A DNA stretch of 64,000 nt, taken from the NCBI RefSeq assembly GCF_039555335.1, contig NC_092646.1, positions 36,923,911 to 36,987,910 of the forward strand, given 5' to 3'. Under the pieces are notes generated by a model, which saw only the letters and a program-made list of their open reading frames with translations, ran no database searches and was not told the DNA's origin. This document shows positions 22,505 to 31,920 of the stretch, piece by piece. The position numbers and the translations under genes are program-made. The first letter of the stretch is position 1. Every line of letters starts with the position of its first letter. This DNA is from Amphiura filiformis (Eukaryota).

Positions 22505-22547
22505 CTTTCAGTATATTAGTGATCCAATCCATCTGGATAGCAGCTTC
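22505..22547 (-). CDS. PARP4: Candidate PARP4 mini-exon EAAIQMDWITNILK(G), the founder of the 83-bp array
   Basis: An open frame bounded by AAG|GAAGCT and AAAG|gtaatt. Possibly homologous to PARP4 …EQLQALLLEEVMNSS…. Only phase-compatible with the next exon if the CTAG|AG acceptor at 22411 is used. Confidence 0.35.
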
Positions 22548-23000
22548 CTTTTGTCTTGGTCACGTTCCATGGTGACTTTGTCTTACCTTTCTGTATCTTG
22601 GTGATCCAATCCATCTGGATTATAACAGCTTCTTTGTCTTGGTCATGTTCCATGGTGACTTTGTCTTACCTTTCTGTATCTTGGTGATCCAATCCATCTG
22701 GATTATAACAGCTTCTTTGTCTTGGTCATGTTCCATGGTGACTTTGTCTTACCTTTCTGTATCTTGGTGATCCAGTCCATCAGGATTATAACAGCTTCTT
22801 TGTCTTGGTCATGTTCCATGGTGACTTTGTCTTACCTTTCTGTATCTTGGTGATCCAATCCATCTGGATTATAACAGCTTCTTTGTCTTGGTCATGTTCC
22901 ATGGTGACTTTGTCTTACCTTTCTGTATCTTGGTGTTCCAATCCATCTGGATTATAACAGCTTCTTTGTCTTGGTCATGTTCCATGGTGACTTTGTCTTA
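22548..23000 (-). repeat. Tandem array (about 5.5 copies of 83 bp) of mini-exon-like units with their flanking donor site
   Basis: Unit …GAAGCTGTTATAATCCAGATGGATTGGATCACCAAGATACAGAAAG followed by gtaagacaaagtcaccatggaacatgaccaagacaaa. Every unit keeps GTAAGA. The unit length is not a multiple of 3. Confidence 0.8.
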
Positions 23001-23336
23001 CCAGGAAAGTTGAAAAAGAAGGAGGGACATCGGAATTATATCCTTGAGATAATCCCGTAGGTAATCCTGTCGCACCTATTCATAGTCCTTTATTCTCAAG
23101 TAGTTACACATCTACTTGAAAGTAGCCTTTGATGTGATGTGGGTTGCCGACTACGGTTGATTAATTTTCACTCCAGAATTAAAACCATATCCAATGTTTC
23201 TATAGAGAATCCCTTGAAAGTATGACACGTGTGTGTTAAGTACCTGATGTTGCTCTGAAGGGATGCTACACGTGGATACTATAAGAAAGAAATTTAGTTT
23301 TGTAAAGATTCCAAAAAAATCCGCCCATTTTGGAAC

Positions 23337-23581
23337 ATATGTGACCGTACATACGAATGAGCCGTAAATGTCCTCAATTGTATTCTGAGTTACAGTGTAA
23401 AATGGGCATGAAGGTCGTATTCATAGGTACCTCAATTTGGTGCTACATGTACCTCATTTAATGAGATACACGTAGCACCAAATTGAAATACCTATGAATA
23501 TGACCTTCATGCCCATTTTACACTGTAACTCAGAATACAATTGAGGACATTTACGGCTCATTCGCGCTGTACGGTCACATA
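23337..23581. repeat. Hairpin palindrome with about 120-bp arms
   Basis: TATGTGACCGTACATACGAATGAGCCGTAAATGTCCTCAATTGTATTCTGAGTTACAGTGTAAAATGGGCATGAAGGTCGTATTCATAGGTA… and its reverse complement, separated by a very short loop near 23459. Confidence 0.8.
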
Positions 23582-24029
23582 TATTAATTATTTAGGAGAG
23601 TGTTTTAGGATTTTGTTAGAAAAGGGATGATTTTTGATCATCTATATTTTATTGTTTTATGTATTTTCCTGTCATTTCCTGCAAACCTAATAAAGATATT
23701 TTGATAATTGAAAATAGGCTGTATCATAAATCGTAGAGGTTGAAAGCGTAACCAAGCGTGCAAAATTATTATTTGCCATGGAACTTCGGTCATATTTTAT
23801 TTGAAATAAACTGGATGTTAGGATCTGCATGCATGGTATGCATAGTATTGATGGTATACAGACACTGACCTTTCCCTAAAACTAGTAAGCATCAACTTGT
23901 GTATCACACCCGTCATGGGTTCGAACCCTTTTGTTGTATTTTATTGTTAAACCTAAATAGCGTGATTGCTTTTGAATGAGCGGCAACACACATATTTTGT
24001 TTGAGGATAGCTGGATCTATCTCCTTTCT

Positions 24030-24600
24030 TTACATCTTCTCTGGTCTTACCTTTCTGTATCTTGGTGTTCCAATCCATCTGGATTATAACAGCTTCTTTG
24101 TCTTGGTCATGTTCCATGGTGACTTTGTCTTACCTTTCTGTATCTTGGTGTTCCAATCCATCTGGATTATAACAGCTTCTTTGTCTTGGTCATGTTCCAT
24201 GGTGACTTTGTCTTACCTTTCTGTATTTTGGTGATCCAATCCATCTGGATTATAACAGCTTCTTTGTCTTGGTCCTGTTCCATGGTGACTTTGTCTTACC
24301 TTTCTGTATCTTGGTGATCCAATCCATCTGGATTATAACAGCTTCTTTGTCTTGGTCCTGTTCCATGGTGACTTTGTCTTACCTTTCTGTATCTTGGTGT
24401 TCCAATCCATCTGGATTATAACAGCTTCTTTGTCTTGGTCATGGTCCATGGTGACTTTGTCTTACCTTTCTGTATTTTGGTGATCCAATCCATCTGGTTT
24501 ATAACAGTTTCTTTGTCTTGGTCCTGTTCCATGGTGACTTTGTCTTACCTTTCTGTATTTTGGTGATCCAATCCATCTGGACAACATCTTCTTTGTCTTG
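24030..24600 (-). repeat. Second 83-bp tandem array (about 7 copies) of the same mini-exon plus donor unit
   Basis: The same unit as 22548–23000, with TGATCC/TGTTCC variants. It lies directly 3' (in transcript orientation) of candidate exon 24549..24710. Confidence 0.8.
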
Positions 24601-24710
24601 GTCATATTCCATGGTGAGGTTGTTTTCTGGTTGTACAGAAAGCTGTAGACCTGCAAAGCTTCTTCACTGGTTGCACTGTACCGACACTCACGGACACCAC
24701 CTGTGTCACT
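24549..24710 (-). CDS. PARP4: Candidate PARP4 exon SDTGGVRECRYSATSEEALQVYSFLYNQ(KTTSPWNMTKTKKMLSRWIGSPKYRK); 3' end uncertain
   Basis: Acceptor gatttacag|AGTGAC. The first half resembles PARP4 GMETRRQFAIKKTSEDASEYFENYIEELKKQ. The second half is itself an array-like unit, so the true donor may lie earlier. Confidence 0.35.
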
Positions 24711-24861
24711 CTGTAAATCAGAAAACAGCAAAAATCTGTTGTATGCTTATTGTCAAAAAATCAATGAGGTAGAAGAATTCTGCATACTGGAGCAAAACTA
24801 ATAAAGGAGTAAAAATTGACACTTTGTTTTATTCGAAGATATACACAAAATCTCCTCTCAC

Positions 24862-25061
24862 CTTGATATCGGATAATTTCCCATGATGCACCATTACTCT
24901 GAATGGATGCGTGACATCATCCCTGATGCTAGCGCCCCCTGGTGGCAGCGGTGGAATGACATGCAACTCCAGAAGGTAGAAGCTACACTCCTTGGTTTTG
25001 GGGTCAGTTTTCTGTACGAATATAGAATCATTAAACAGACTATAATCATGATAATTGCTGA
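24862..25061 (-). CDS. PARP4: PARP4 exon (between BRCT and the regulatory domain): SNYHDYSLFNDSIFVQKTDPKTKECSFYLLELHVIPPLPPGGASIRDDVTHPFRVMVHHGKLSDIK
   Basis: Acceptor ttttttag|TC and donor AAG|gtgaga, anchored to ORF 24829..25086. Resembles PARP4 LPQDFEVAKYNTLEKVGMEGGQEAVVVELQCSRDSRDCPFLISSHFLLDDG. Confidence 0.6.
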
Positions 25062-26164
25062 CTAAAAAACTACCAATCTTTATCATAAATCATTTGAGGC
25101 TGTGTTGAAATAGCCCATTGTCATAACCATGAACAGCAAAGCATTAATGATGTGCCCATTAATGTTACATGGTCCAGAATTAATAATCTATTGCATTCAA
25201 GCAAGGGGCCAAATTCAATAGCTGATGCACACAATAAGTGTGAGGGTAGTGAGGGGTGTAACCTAAAGCACTGACCACCCTATCCTTGACTGACTGAGAG
25301 GTATCGTCTGCCATCTGGATGCCCAAACTGTTCTGAATCTCAGGATGCGCTCAGTTTAGGTCATATATAAAGTGCACAGTTCCACCGCACTGCTTATAGG
25401 TGTGTATCTGGGGTGAGGGGGCCAGCAACCCCCCACTCTAAGCTGCTGTGAACCACTGATTGGCCCATGTGGTTGTCTTTTATAATGTCTATGTGCCTAT
25501 ATTCTTTCCTATAAGTTCTTGACATGTGTTACTCCTCATGGGCTATTGTTCACTGTAGCATTTTATTTAAAAAAATAAGTGATATACAAGATAATTGTTC
25601 AGATAAAATCACATCATTGTTGTGCAGGAAAAACCACCTATGTACTTATGGCCCTTGAACAAAACTGCAAAGAGATTACAAAGAAGGTTTTACTTTAAAC
25701 ATGTTCAGGGGCCAATATGAGATATTTCCTGCCACACGACGACATCGATATATATCAACTATTTGCTGTCGTAGACGACCATGACGTCATATTGGCGACC
25801 CCTGAGCATTACCATAGCAACTGGATCACGCTTTCATGAGAACCACAATGGCGGTATCAATGTATGGAATTTATAGATCAAAAATTTAAATTACCAGTCA
25901 TATTTAAGACCTGCAACCCATGATTTCAGAAGGAAAACATCTCACAAAAGCTTACTAGGCAGTGAAACCCATAAGAAATGGCTAAAACTTGATTTTCAAA
26001 CAGCAGAACATAAACGTGTACAGCGTAGATAGCGTTGTCATGCAAACCGTGTGATCCAGCACTACGGAAGTAGTTGTGACCTCGGCAGGAAGTGATGTTG
26101 GTCTACGACAGCGAATTGACATATGTAACATAAAACCTTTATAAATACCTGTAGAAGAGTACAT

Positions 26165-26385
26165 TTGGCCAATTCATAGCATTCATCTGGGTATGCAGGT
26201 GCCTGGTCTGATCCCAAAGGATACACTCTGAAAACAATCAGTCAACATTAAATTGTAAAAATCAGACAAATACATTCCAAACTGTTACCTTCCTAAGGCA
26301 CCAAGTCTAATTCATAGCATTCATCTGGGTATGTTGGTGCCTGGTCTGATCCCAAAGGATACACTCTGGAAACAATTAGTCAAAA
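26165..26385 (-). repeat. Tandem duplication (2 copies of 110 bp) that contains a splice-site-bounded open segment (candidate small PARP4 exon)
   Basis: Copy 1: tttcag|AGTGTATCCTTTGGGATCAGACCAGGCACCTGCATACCCAGATGAATGCTATGAATTGGCCAAATGTACTCTTCTACAG|gtattt. Copy 2 has CCAACA in place of CCTGCA and a different 3' end containing an in-frame TAG. Confidence 0.4.
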
Positions 26386-26899
26386 ACATATTTATAAGGT
26401 GCGTTGGAGGGGAGCATGAACTATCGGTTGTTTGCACTCAAATATTGAGACAGTTAAAACTGACACACAAGTATGGGTTCTATATAGGAGATACCAAGGC
26501 TTGATATAAAGAGTGCCATCTCTACTCCATATGCATGATCTTTCTTGAGAAGGGGGTAAAAGGTCAAAACTTTCAATTTATTAGTTGCCTTTAAATCTTA
26601 AGAACCTCAAGACCTGCGGAAACATAAATGCAATAAACCATACTGACTCAGGTCTATATCTTTCATTTTAGAGGCTGTGCAATAATGATGAGCCGGGGGG
26701 ATAAAAATTACAAACAGTGTGCCAAAAAATGCTTACCTCCTCTCGGCCTGCCAAATTAGCTGCAATAATTAAAACCTTTAAAACAATTGTGGAGACTAAC
26801 CTTATCTTGTTGATGTTGAAGGAGCTTGCTTTACTTATCTTCGGTTTTTCTTGGGGATGAGCTGGTCCTGAGTTTTAAAAGAAAAATACACAAACAATA

Positions 26900-28536
26900 A
26901 CACAAAAGTAAGTGTTATGACCATGTATAGTTTGAACATAGGTACACACTAGCTCATCTGCACCAAGACACATCTGACACACATTAATGAAACCAAACTC
27001 ACCTGGAACAATCTTCCCTGAGCTGAACTCCTGTGTCATAGATGTCCCACAGACAATGTGTGCATCAGTATCTACATGTACCAGATTATCTTCACTGAGA
27101 CACATATCAAAGAAATTAAAACTCACCTGTGACAATCTTCCCTGAGCTGAACTCCTGTGTCATAGACATCCCACAGACAATGTGTGCCTCAGTATCTATA
27201 CTAGCTTATCTTCACTGAGACACGCATTAATGAAACCAAACTCCCTGTGACAATCTTTCCTGAGCTAAACTCCTGTGTCATAGATGTCAGACACACACAT
27301 TAATACATCAATGACACCAAACTCACCTGTGACAATCTTCCCTGAGCTAAATTCTTGTGTCATAGATGTCCCACAGACAATGTGTGGCTCGGTATCTACT
27401 AGCTTATCTTCACTGAGACACACATCAATGACACCAAACTCACCTGTGACAATCTTCCCTGACCTAAACTCCTGTGTTATAGACGTCCCACAGACAATGT
27501 GTGCCTCTGTATCTACTAGCTTATCTTCACTGAGACACACATCAATGACACCAAACTCACCTGTGACAATCTTCCCTGAGCTAAACTCCTGTGCCACAGA
27601 CGTCCCACAGACAATGTGGCTCTACATGTATTAGCTTATCTTTACTGAGACACACATCAAAGAAGCCAAACTCACCTGTGACAATCTTCCCTGACCTAAA
27701 CTCCTGTGTCATAGACGTCCCACAGACAATGTGTGCCTCATTATCTACTAGCTTTTCGTCACTGAGACACACATCAATGAAACCCAACTCACCTGTGACA
27801 ATCTTCCCTGACCTAAACTCCTGTGTCATAGACGTCCCACAGACAATGTGTGCCTCATTATCTACTAGCTTTTCGTCACTGAGACACACATCAATGAAAC
27901 CCAACTCACCTGTGACAATCTTCCCTGACCTAAACTCCTGTGTCATAGATGTCCCACAGACAACGTGTGGCTCTGTATCTACTAGCTTATCTTCACTGAG
28001 ACACACATCAATGACACCAAACTCACCTGTGTTATAGATGTCCCACAGACAATGTGTGCCTCTGTATCTACTAGCTTATCTTCACTGAGACACACATCAA
28101 TGACACCAAACTCACCTGTGACAATCTTCCCTGAGCTAAACTCCTGTGCCACAGACATCCCACAGACAATGTGTGCCTCATTATCTGCTAGCTTTTCGTC
28201 ACTGAGACACATCAATGAAACCCAACTCACCTGTGACAATCTTCCCGAGCTGAACTCCTGTGTCATAGGCGTCCCACAGACAATGTGTGCCTCTGTATAT
28301 ATACCAGCTTATCTTTACTGAGACACACATTAATGAAACCAAACTTAACCGTGACATGTGCAGCTCTGTATCTACTATAGCTTATCTTTACTGAGACACA
28401 CATCAAAGAAACCGAACTCACCTGTGACAATCTTCCCTGAGCTGAACTCCTGTGTCATAGACGTCCCACAGACAATGTGGGCCTCATTATCTACTAGCTT
28501 TTCGTCACTGAGACACATCAATGAAACCCAACTCAC
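26900..28536 (-). repeat. Tandem array (about 14–15 copies of 120 bp) derived from the 3' part of the BRCT exon, including its CAG|GTGAGT donor
   Basis: The unit encodes …(G)EFGVIDVCLSEDKLVDTEAHIVCGTSMTQEFSSGKIVT and copies the exon text MDFIDVCLSEDKLVDTEPHIVCGTSMTQEFSSGKIVTG. At 120 bp (40 codons) the array is largely open in frame on the minus strand, but the three ORFs 27265..27597, 27581..28006 and 27982..28266 are frame-shifted relative to each other, and the plus strand is also open. Confidence 0.8.
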
Positions 28537-28738
28537 CTGTGACAATCTTTCCTGAGCTAAACTCCTGTGTCATAGACGTCCCACAGACGATGTGTGGCTC
28601 TGTATCTACCAGCTTATCTTCACTGAGACACACATCAATGAAGTCCATACCCAGGATAGGGACACCATATTTCTGGGCCATACGACCTTTGTAAGAATCT
28701 TTTGCCTTCTCTGCATTGCTGACTATCAGGTGAGAGCT
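28537..28738 (-). CDS. PARP4: PARP4 exon (BRCT domain, C-terminal half): SSHLIVSNAEKAKDSYKGRMAQKYGVPILGMDFIDVCLSEDKLVDTEPHIVCGTSMTQEFSSGKIVTG
   Basis: Acceptor attgtag|AGCTCT and donor ACAG|gtgagt. Matches PARP4 THIILDNADVLSQYQLNSIQKNHVHIANPDFIWKSIREKRLLDVKNYDPY. Confidence 0.8.
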
Positions 28739-28861
28739 CTACAATATAATTATGAAAGAGATAAATCAGATATCAGTGTGACATTTCATGCCACCTAATA
28801 TAAAATTACATAACATACACTGGTATCAATTCAAAAATATACCCAAGCTACTGTAAAATCA

Positions 28862-29200
28862 TGAGCTTTCTCATTTATCCTCTATCCCACTCAGTGTGGC
28901 CCTAAACGTGCAGACACCAGAGTGGGTGCATAGTGTGCCGTGGTTTGGAGAGTCACGTAAAATGGTGGTCCCATGTACCAAAAGAGCAATATCTGGACAT
29001 GTAAAAGTTGCAGGCCGTTTTGTAAAGAGCAGGGGATCAGCCCCGGCCTGTTGTCTGTCACACTCAGCATTGAGGTCAACTTGCGCTGCCCTCAGGGGCT
29101 CGGCAGCATATCGACCCGTGGCATGCTTTGAGGGATCTGAGTATCCAGAAAGCGTGGATAAATGCAGTTTTATTATTATTATTGTTACTGCTTATATATA
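28862..29200 (+). mobile_element. tRNA-derived SINE, 5'-truncated copy with a (TTA)n/TA-rich tail
   Basis: 28862–29160 is about 90% identical to 3420–3711. It lies inside PARP4 intron 1. Confidence 0.6.
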
Positions 29201-29479
29201 TATGCCATTCCAAACAGATTATGTTTTGCCAGTTTCTTAAAAACGCCAATGGATTCTGCATTTCTAAAGGCAGTTTGTTCCAGATTTTTATAACACATTG
29301 GCCACTGGCCAGAAGGTACTTTTTGTATTTTAATAATGTGTTTCTCAATTTCACTGAATTGTTGACTCCAATTTTTTTTTTCGCCAGGACACTCAATAAT
29401 TCAAAAAGTAGGGGGGTTCTTCTCCATTTTTTCGCTAGTAAATACTATTTAGCCTAATTGCGCTATTGGGCTATATCAC

Positions 29480-29700
29480 AGGTGTACATCCGCCCAATGG
29501 ACTATAACAGTTGAAATCCATACACCCCTATGGAAGACATGACCTTTATCTTTCACACAATGAGTGTGAATTTCAAATGGAGTTTAACTGAACGGGTGAC
29601 TCCATTTTAAATCTACATCCCCTGTGTGGGAGAAGCTACATCTTCCATAGAGGATGTATGGATTTCAACTGGAATAGCCCAATGCTGTGACAGGCTTAAG
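29480..29700. repeat. Member of the hairpin-containing repeat family seen at 7205..7515
   Basis: It shares TTGAAATCCATACACCCCTATGGAAGA… and GGAATAGCCCAATG with that locus, and is arranged as an inverted pair. Confidence 0.5.
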
Positions 29701-30124
29701 GCATGCACTTGAATCACTATACATGTATGGTCCAGTCATATATATGTAATCATACCACTTATCATAAACTTATTATAGATTTTAACAATAAATTACCTTC
29801 ATTTACTATTTTCAACTTTGATCTCAACACAAGATTAGAAATTTACGGTCATTATTTTGATCTTCATCGGGAGACTGGCCACGGATCACCTCTTGGACAC
29901 TTGACTTTCTACACTCTTGGTAACTTGTATCCCCCTATCATGGTTCAGTGATGATGGTCAGCTCCAACGTACAATGTAGATAACCTCCTTCCACCCCATT
30001 AGAAATATTGTGGTTCCAAGTAAAGACATTTTTAAACTATGTAAGACAAGCTTGTGTTATGATAACAAAAAATAACAAAACTTTAAACTTTTGATCATAA
30101 CACAAGATTGTCTAATAAGTTTAC

Positions 30125-30289
30125 CTTTTTTGTAATAATGTATGACACAATTCCTCCATTATCTGTGATTTTCTTCCTTAATTCTTGCTTCTGTTTAAAT
30201 CTCACTTGAGCTGCATCCAAATCTAAGACAATCTGACATCCATGAAAAATCCCAGCTGCCGTAGCTGTACCGGGAGCTGTACCGGCAAC
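30125..30289 (-). CDS. PARP4: PARP4 first BRCT-encoding exon: VAGTAPGTATAAGIFHGCQIVLDLDAAQVRFKQKQELRKKITDNGGIVSYIITKK (5' extent and start codon unresolved)
   Basis: Donor AAG|gtaaac. Matches the human PARP4 N-terminus MVMGIFANCIFCLKVKYLPQQQKKKLQTDIKENGGKFSFSL. The frame stays open upstream to 30505, with in-frame ATGs near 30382 (MVQPEF…) and 30505. A possible acceptor cattcacag|GTTGCC sits at 30289. Confidence 0.65.
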
Positions 30290-30759
30290 CTGTGAATGAA
30301 ATAACAGTGTGTGTATTAGGGGTAAGTTCAATTGGCATTTATCATGTTTATGGCAAAGATAACAAAATTCCGGTTGCACCATCACGACAACCGATCTGGG
30401 AATCTTGTTCGCACTGCACTCTATACAAGTTATTGAATAATTTTTCACTATGGATCCATCAACAACTGTACCGTTAGTTATTGATATTCCCCAATTCTGA
30501 CCCATCTATTGTTAACCCGGCCATCCATTATTTGTTTAAGAGCCAGTCTCCCTTATTACAATGTATGTACCCAAATCAGGGGGGTTGTGATACAAAAAAA
30601 AATAGAATTTTCTCTAAAAAATAATTTTGGTACATATTAACACCAACAACACTCATGTAAAATATGAGCGTGCACAGCGCCCTCGTTCAGCTTTAAAAAA
30701 TGCTTGAAATTTCACCCTCTCTGAGCCTTACTTGCAAATGGTAAACTTTGAGGTGCGTA

Positions 30760-31920
30760 ACATCATGCGCCATCATTATCCCAACCTGCATTTTGCATTT
30801 TTTGAAGTACCAAATGGTTACATTACAAAAACCAAGAAAAAAGGTTGGGATCTTGATGGCGCACAAAATCAGCAAATCCAACTTTTTGATGAAAAGCGCC
30901 CTCGTGCAAACTTCAAAGCATCATAACGGGCTGCGCCATCAAGATCCCAAGTCCGAACAAGTTTGAAATTAAAGACCTCAATGATAAGTTTAATTTTTCA
31001 GCAAAAAGTTTTTGGGATTTTGATGGCGCACATAGTTAACAGAGGTCAAAGGTCAAAAATTCTTATTTTCGCACATTTTTACATGCCTGTATTATTGCGC
31101 GCCAACTTCACCTGACTCTCCGAATAAAATTTCATCAAAGAAGAGGTAATTCTCTGCAAGTACTGAAAAATTAGCTTGGGATATCTTGATCTTCATATTT
31201 TTCTGATTTTTTGAAAATGGACTTACATGTAGCCTCATTGTGGAGGTCAATAATTGCCCTATTTTCCCCTCATTATGACGCTGTAGCACAATGTGGGCTT
31301 TTTACTGCATCACAAAAAGATGCGCCAACAAGATCCCAATTTTATTTATCTTCTAGCTTCGTGGCAACTGGTAGACAAAAAAAATTACCAGCTACTTGGG
31401 ATCAAGTGGGCGCACTAATGTAAAAGAGGTCAAAGGTCAAGCTTTGTGCCAAAGTGACGCATATTTCCCTATGTGCAGCACAAAACTGGAACTTTAACCC
31501 GCAATAAAAATGTGCGCCAACATGATCCCATCTCATTTTTTGGATGCATGGCTAAAGGAGCTCATGTATAACTGAATGCTAGTAAAAAAAAAGTGGGATC
31601 ATGTGGGCGCACTAATTCAATAGAGGTCAGACAAAGTTTGAAATTTGACCCTCCGTAATGACCTTTGACCTCGGTTGACCTCGATTTTATTTCGGGCATG
31701 TAATCCCCTCGTATCAAGAATTCCACCCACCAAATTTGAGCCCGATCGGACAAAGTTTGAAATTTGACCCCTCCATAATGACCTTTGACCTCGGTTGACC
31801 TCGATTTTATTTTGCGCATTATATTCCCCTTGTATCAAGGATTCCACCCACCAAATTTGGGCCCGATTGGACAAAGTTTAACATTTGACCTTTGACCTTG
31901 ACCTCCGATGACCTTTCAAA
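30760..31920. promoter_or_regulatory. Cluster of at least 6 direct-repeat AGGTCA half-sites (DR1, one DR4) carried on small hairpin repeats, 0.4–1.6 kb upstream of the PARP4 5' end
   Basis: GAGGTCAAAGGTCAA at about 31041 and 31427. TGACCTTTGACCTCGGTTGACCTCG occurs twice (about 31652 and 31770, DR1 plus DR4 on the opposite strand). TGACCTTTGACCTTGACCTCCGATGACCTTT is at about 31880. Four modules flanked by inverted GCGCCAaCAaGATCCCAA…TTGGGATCaaGTGGCGCAC span 30770–31640. Confidence 0.45.

Noticed and set aside
27265-28266. Overlapping ORFs of more than 100 aa on both strands
   Set aside because: Both strands are open only because of the 120-bp in-frame tandem array. The three minus ORFs are mutually frame-shifted, so this is treated as an intronic array, not as independent genes.
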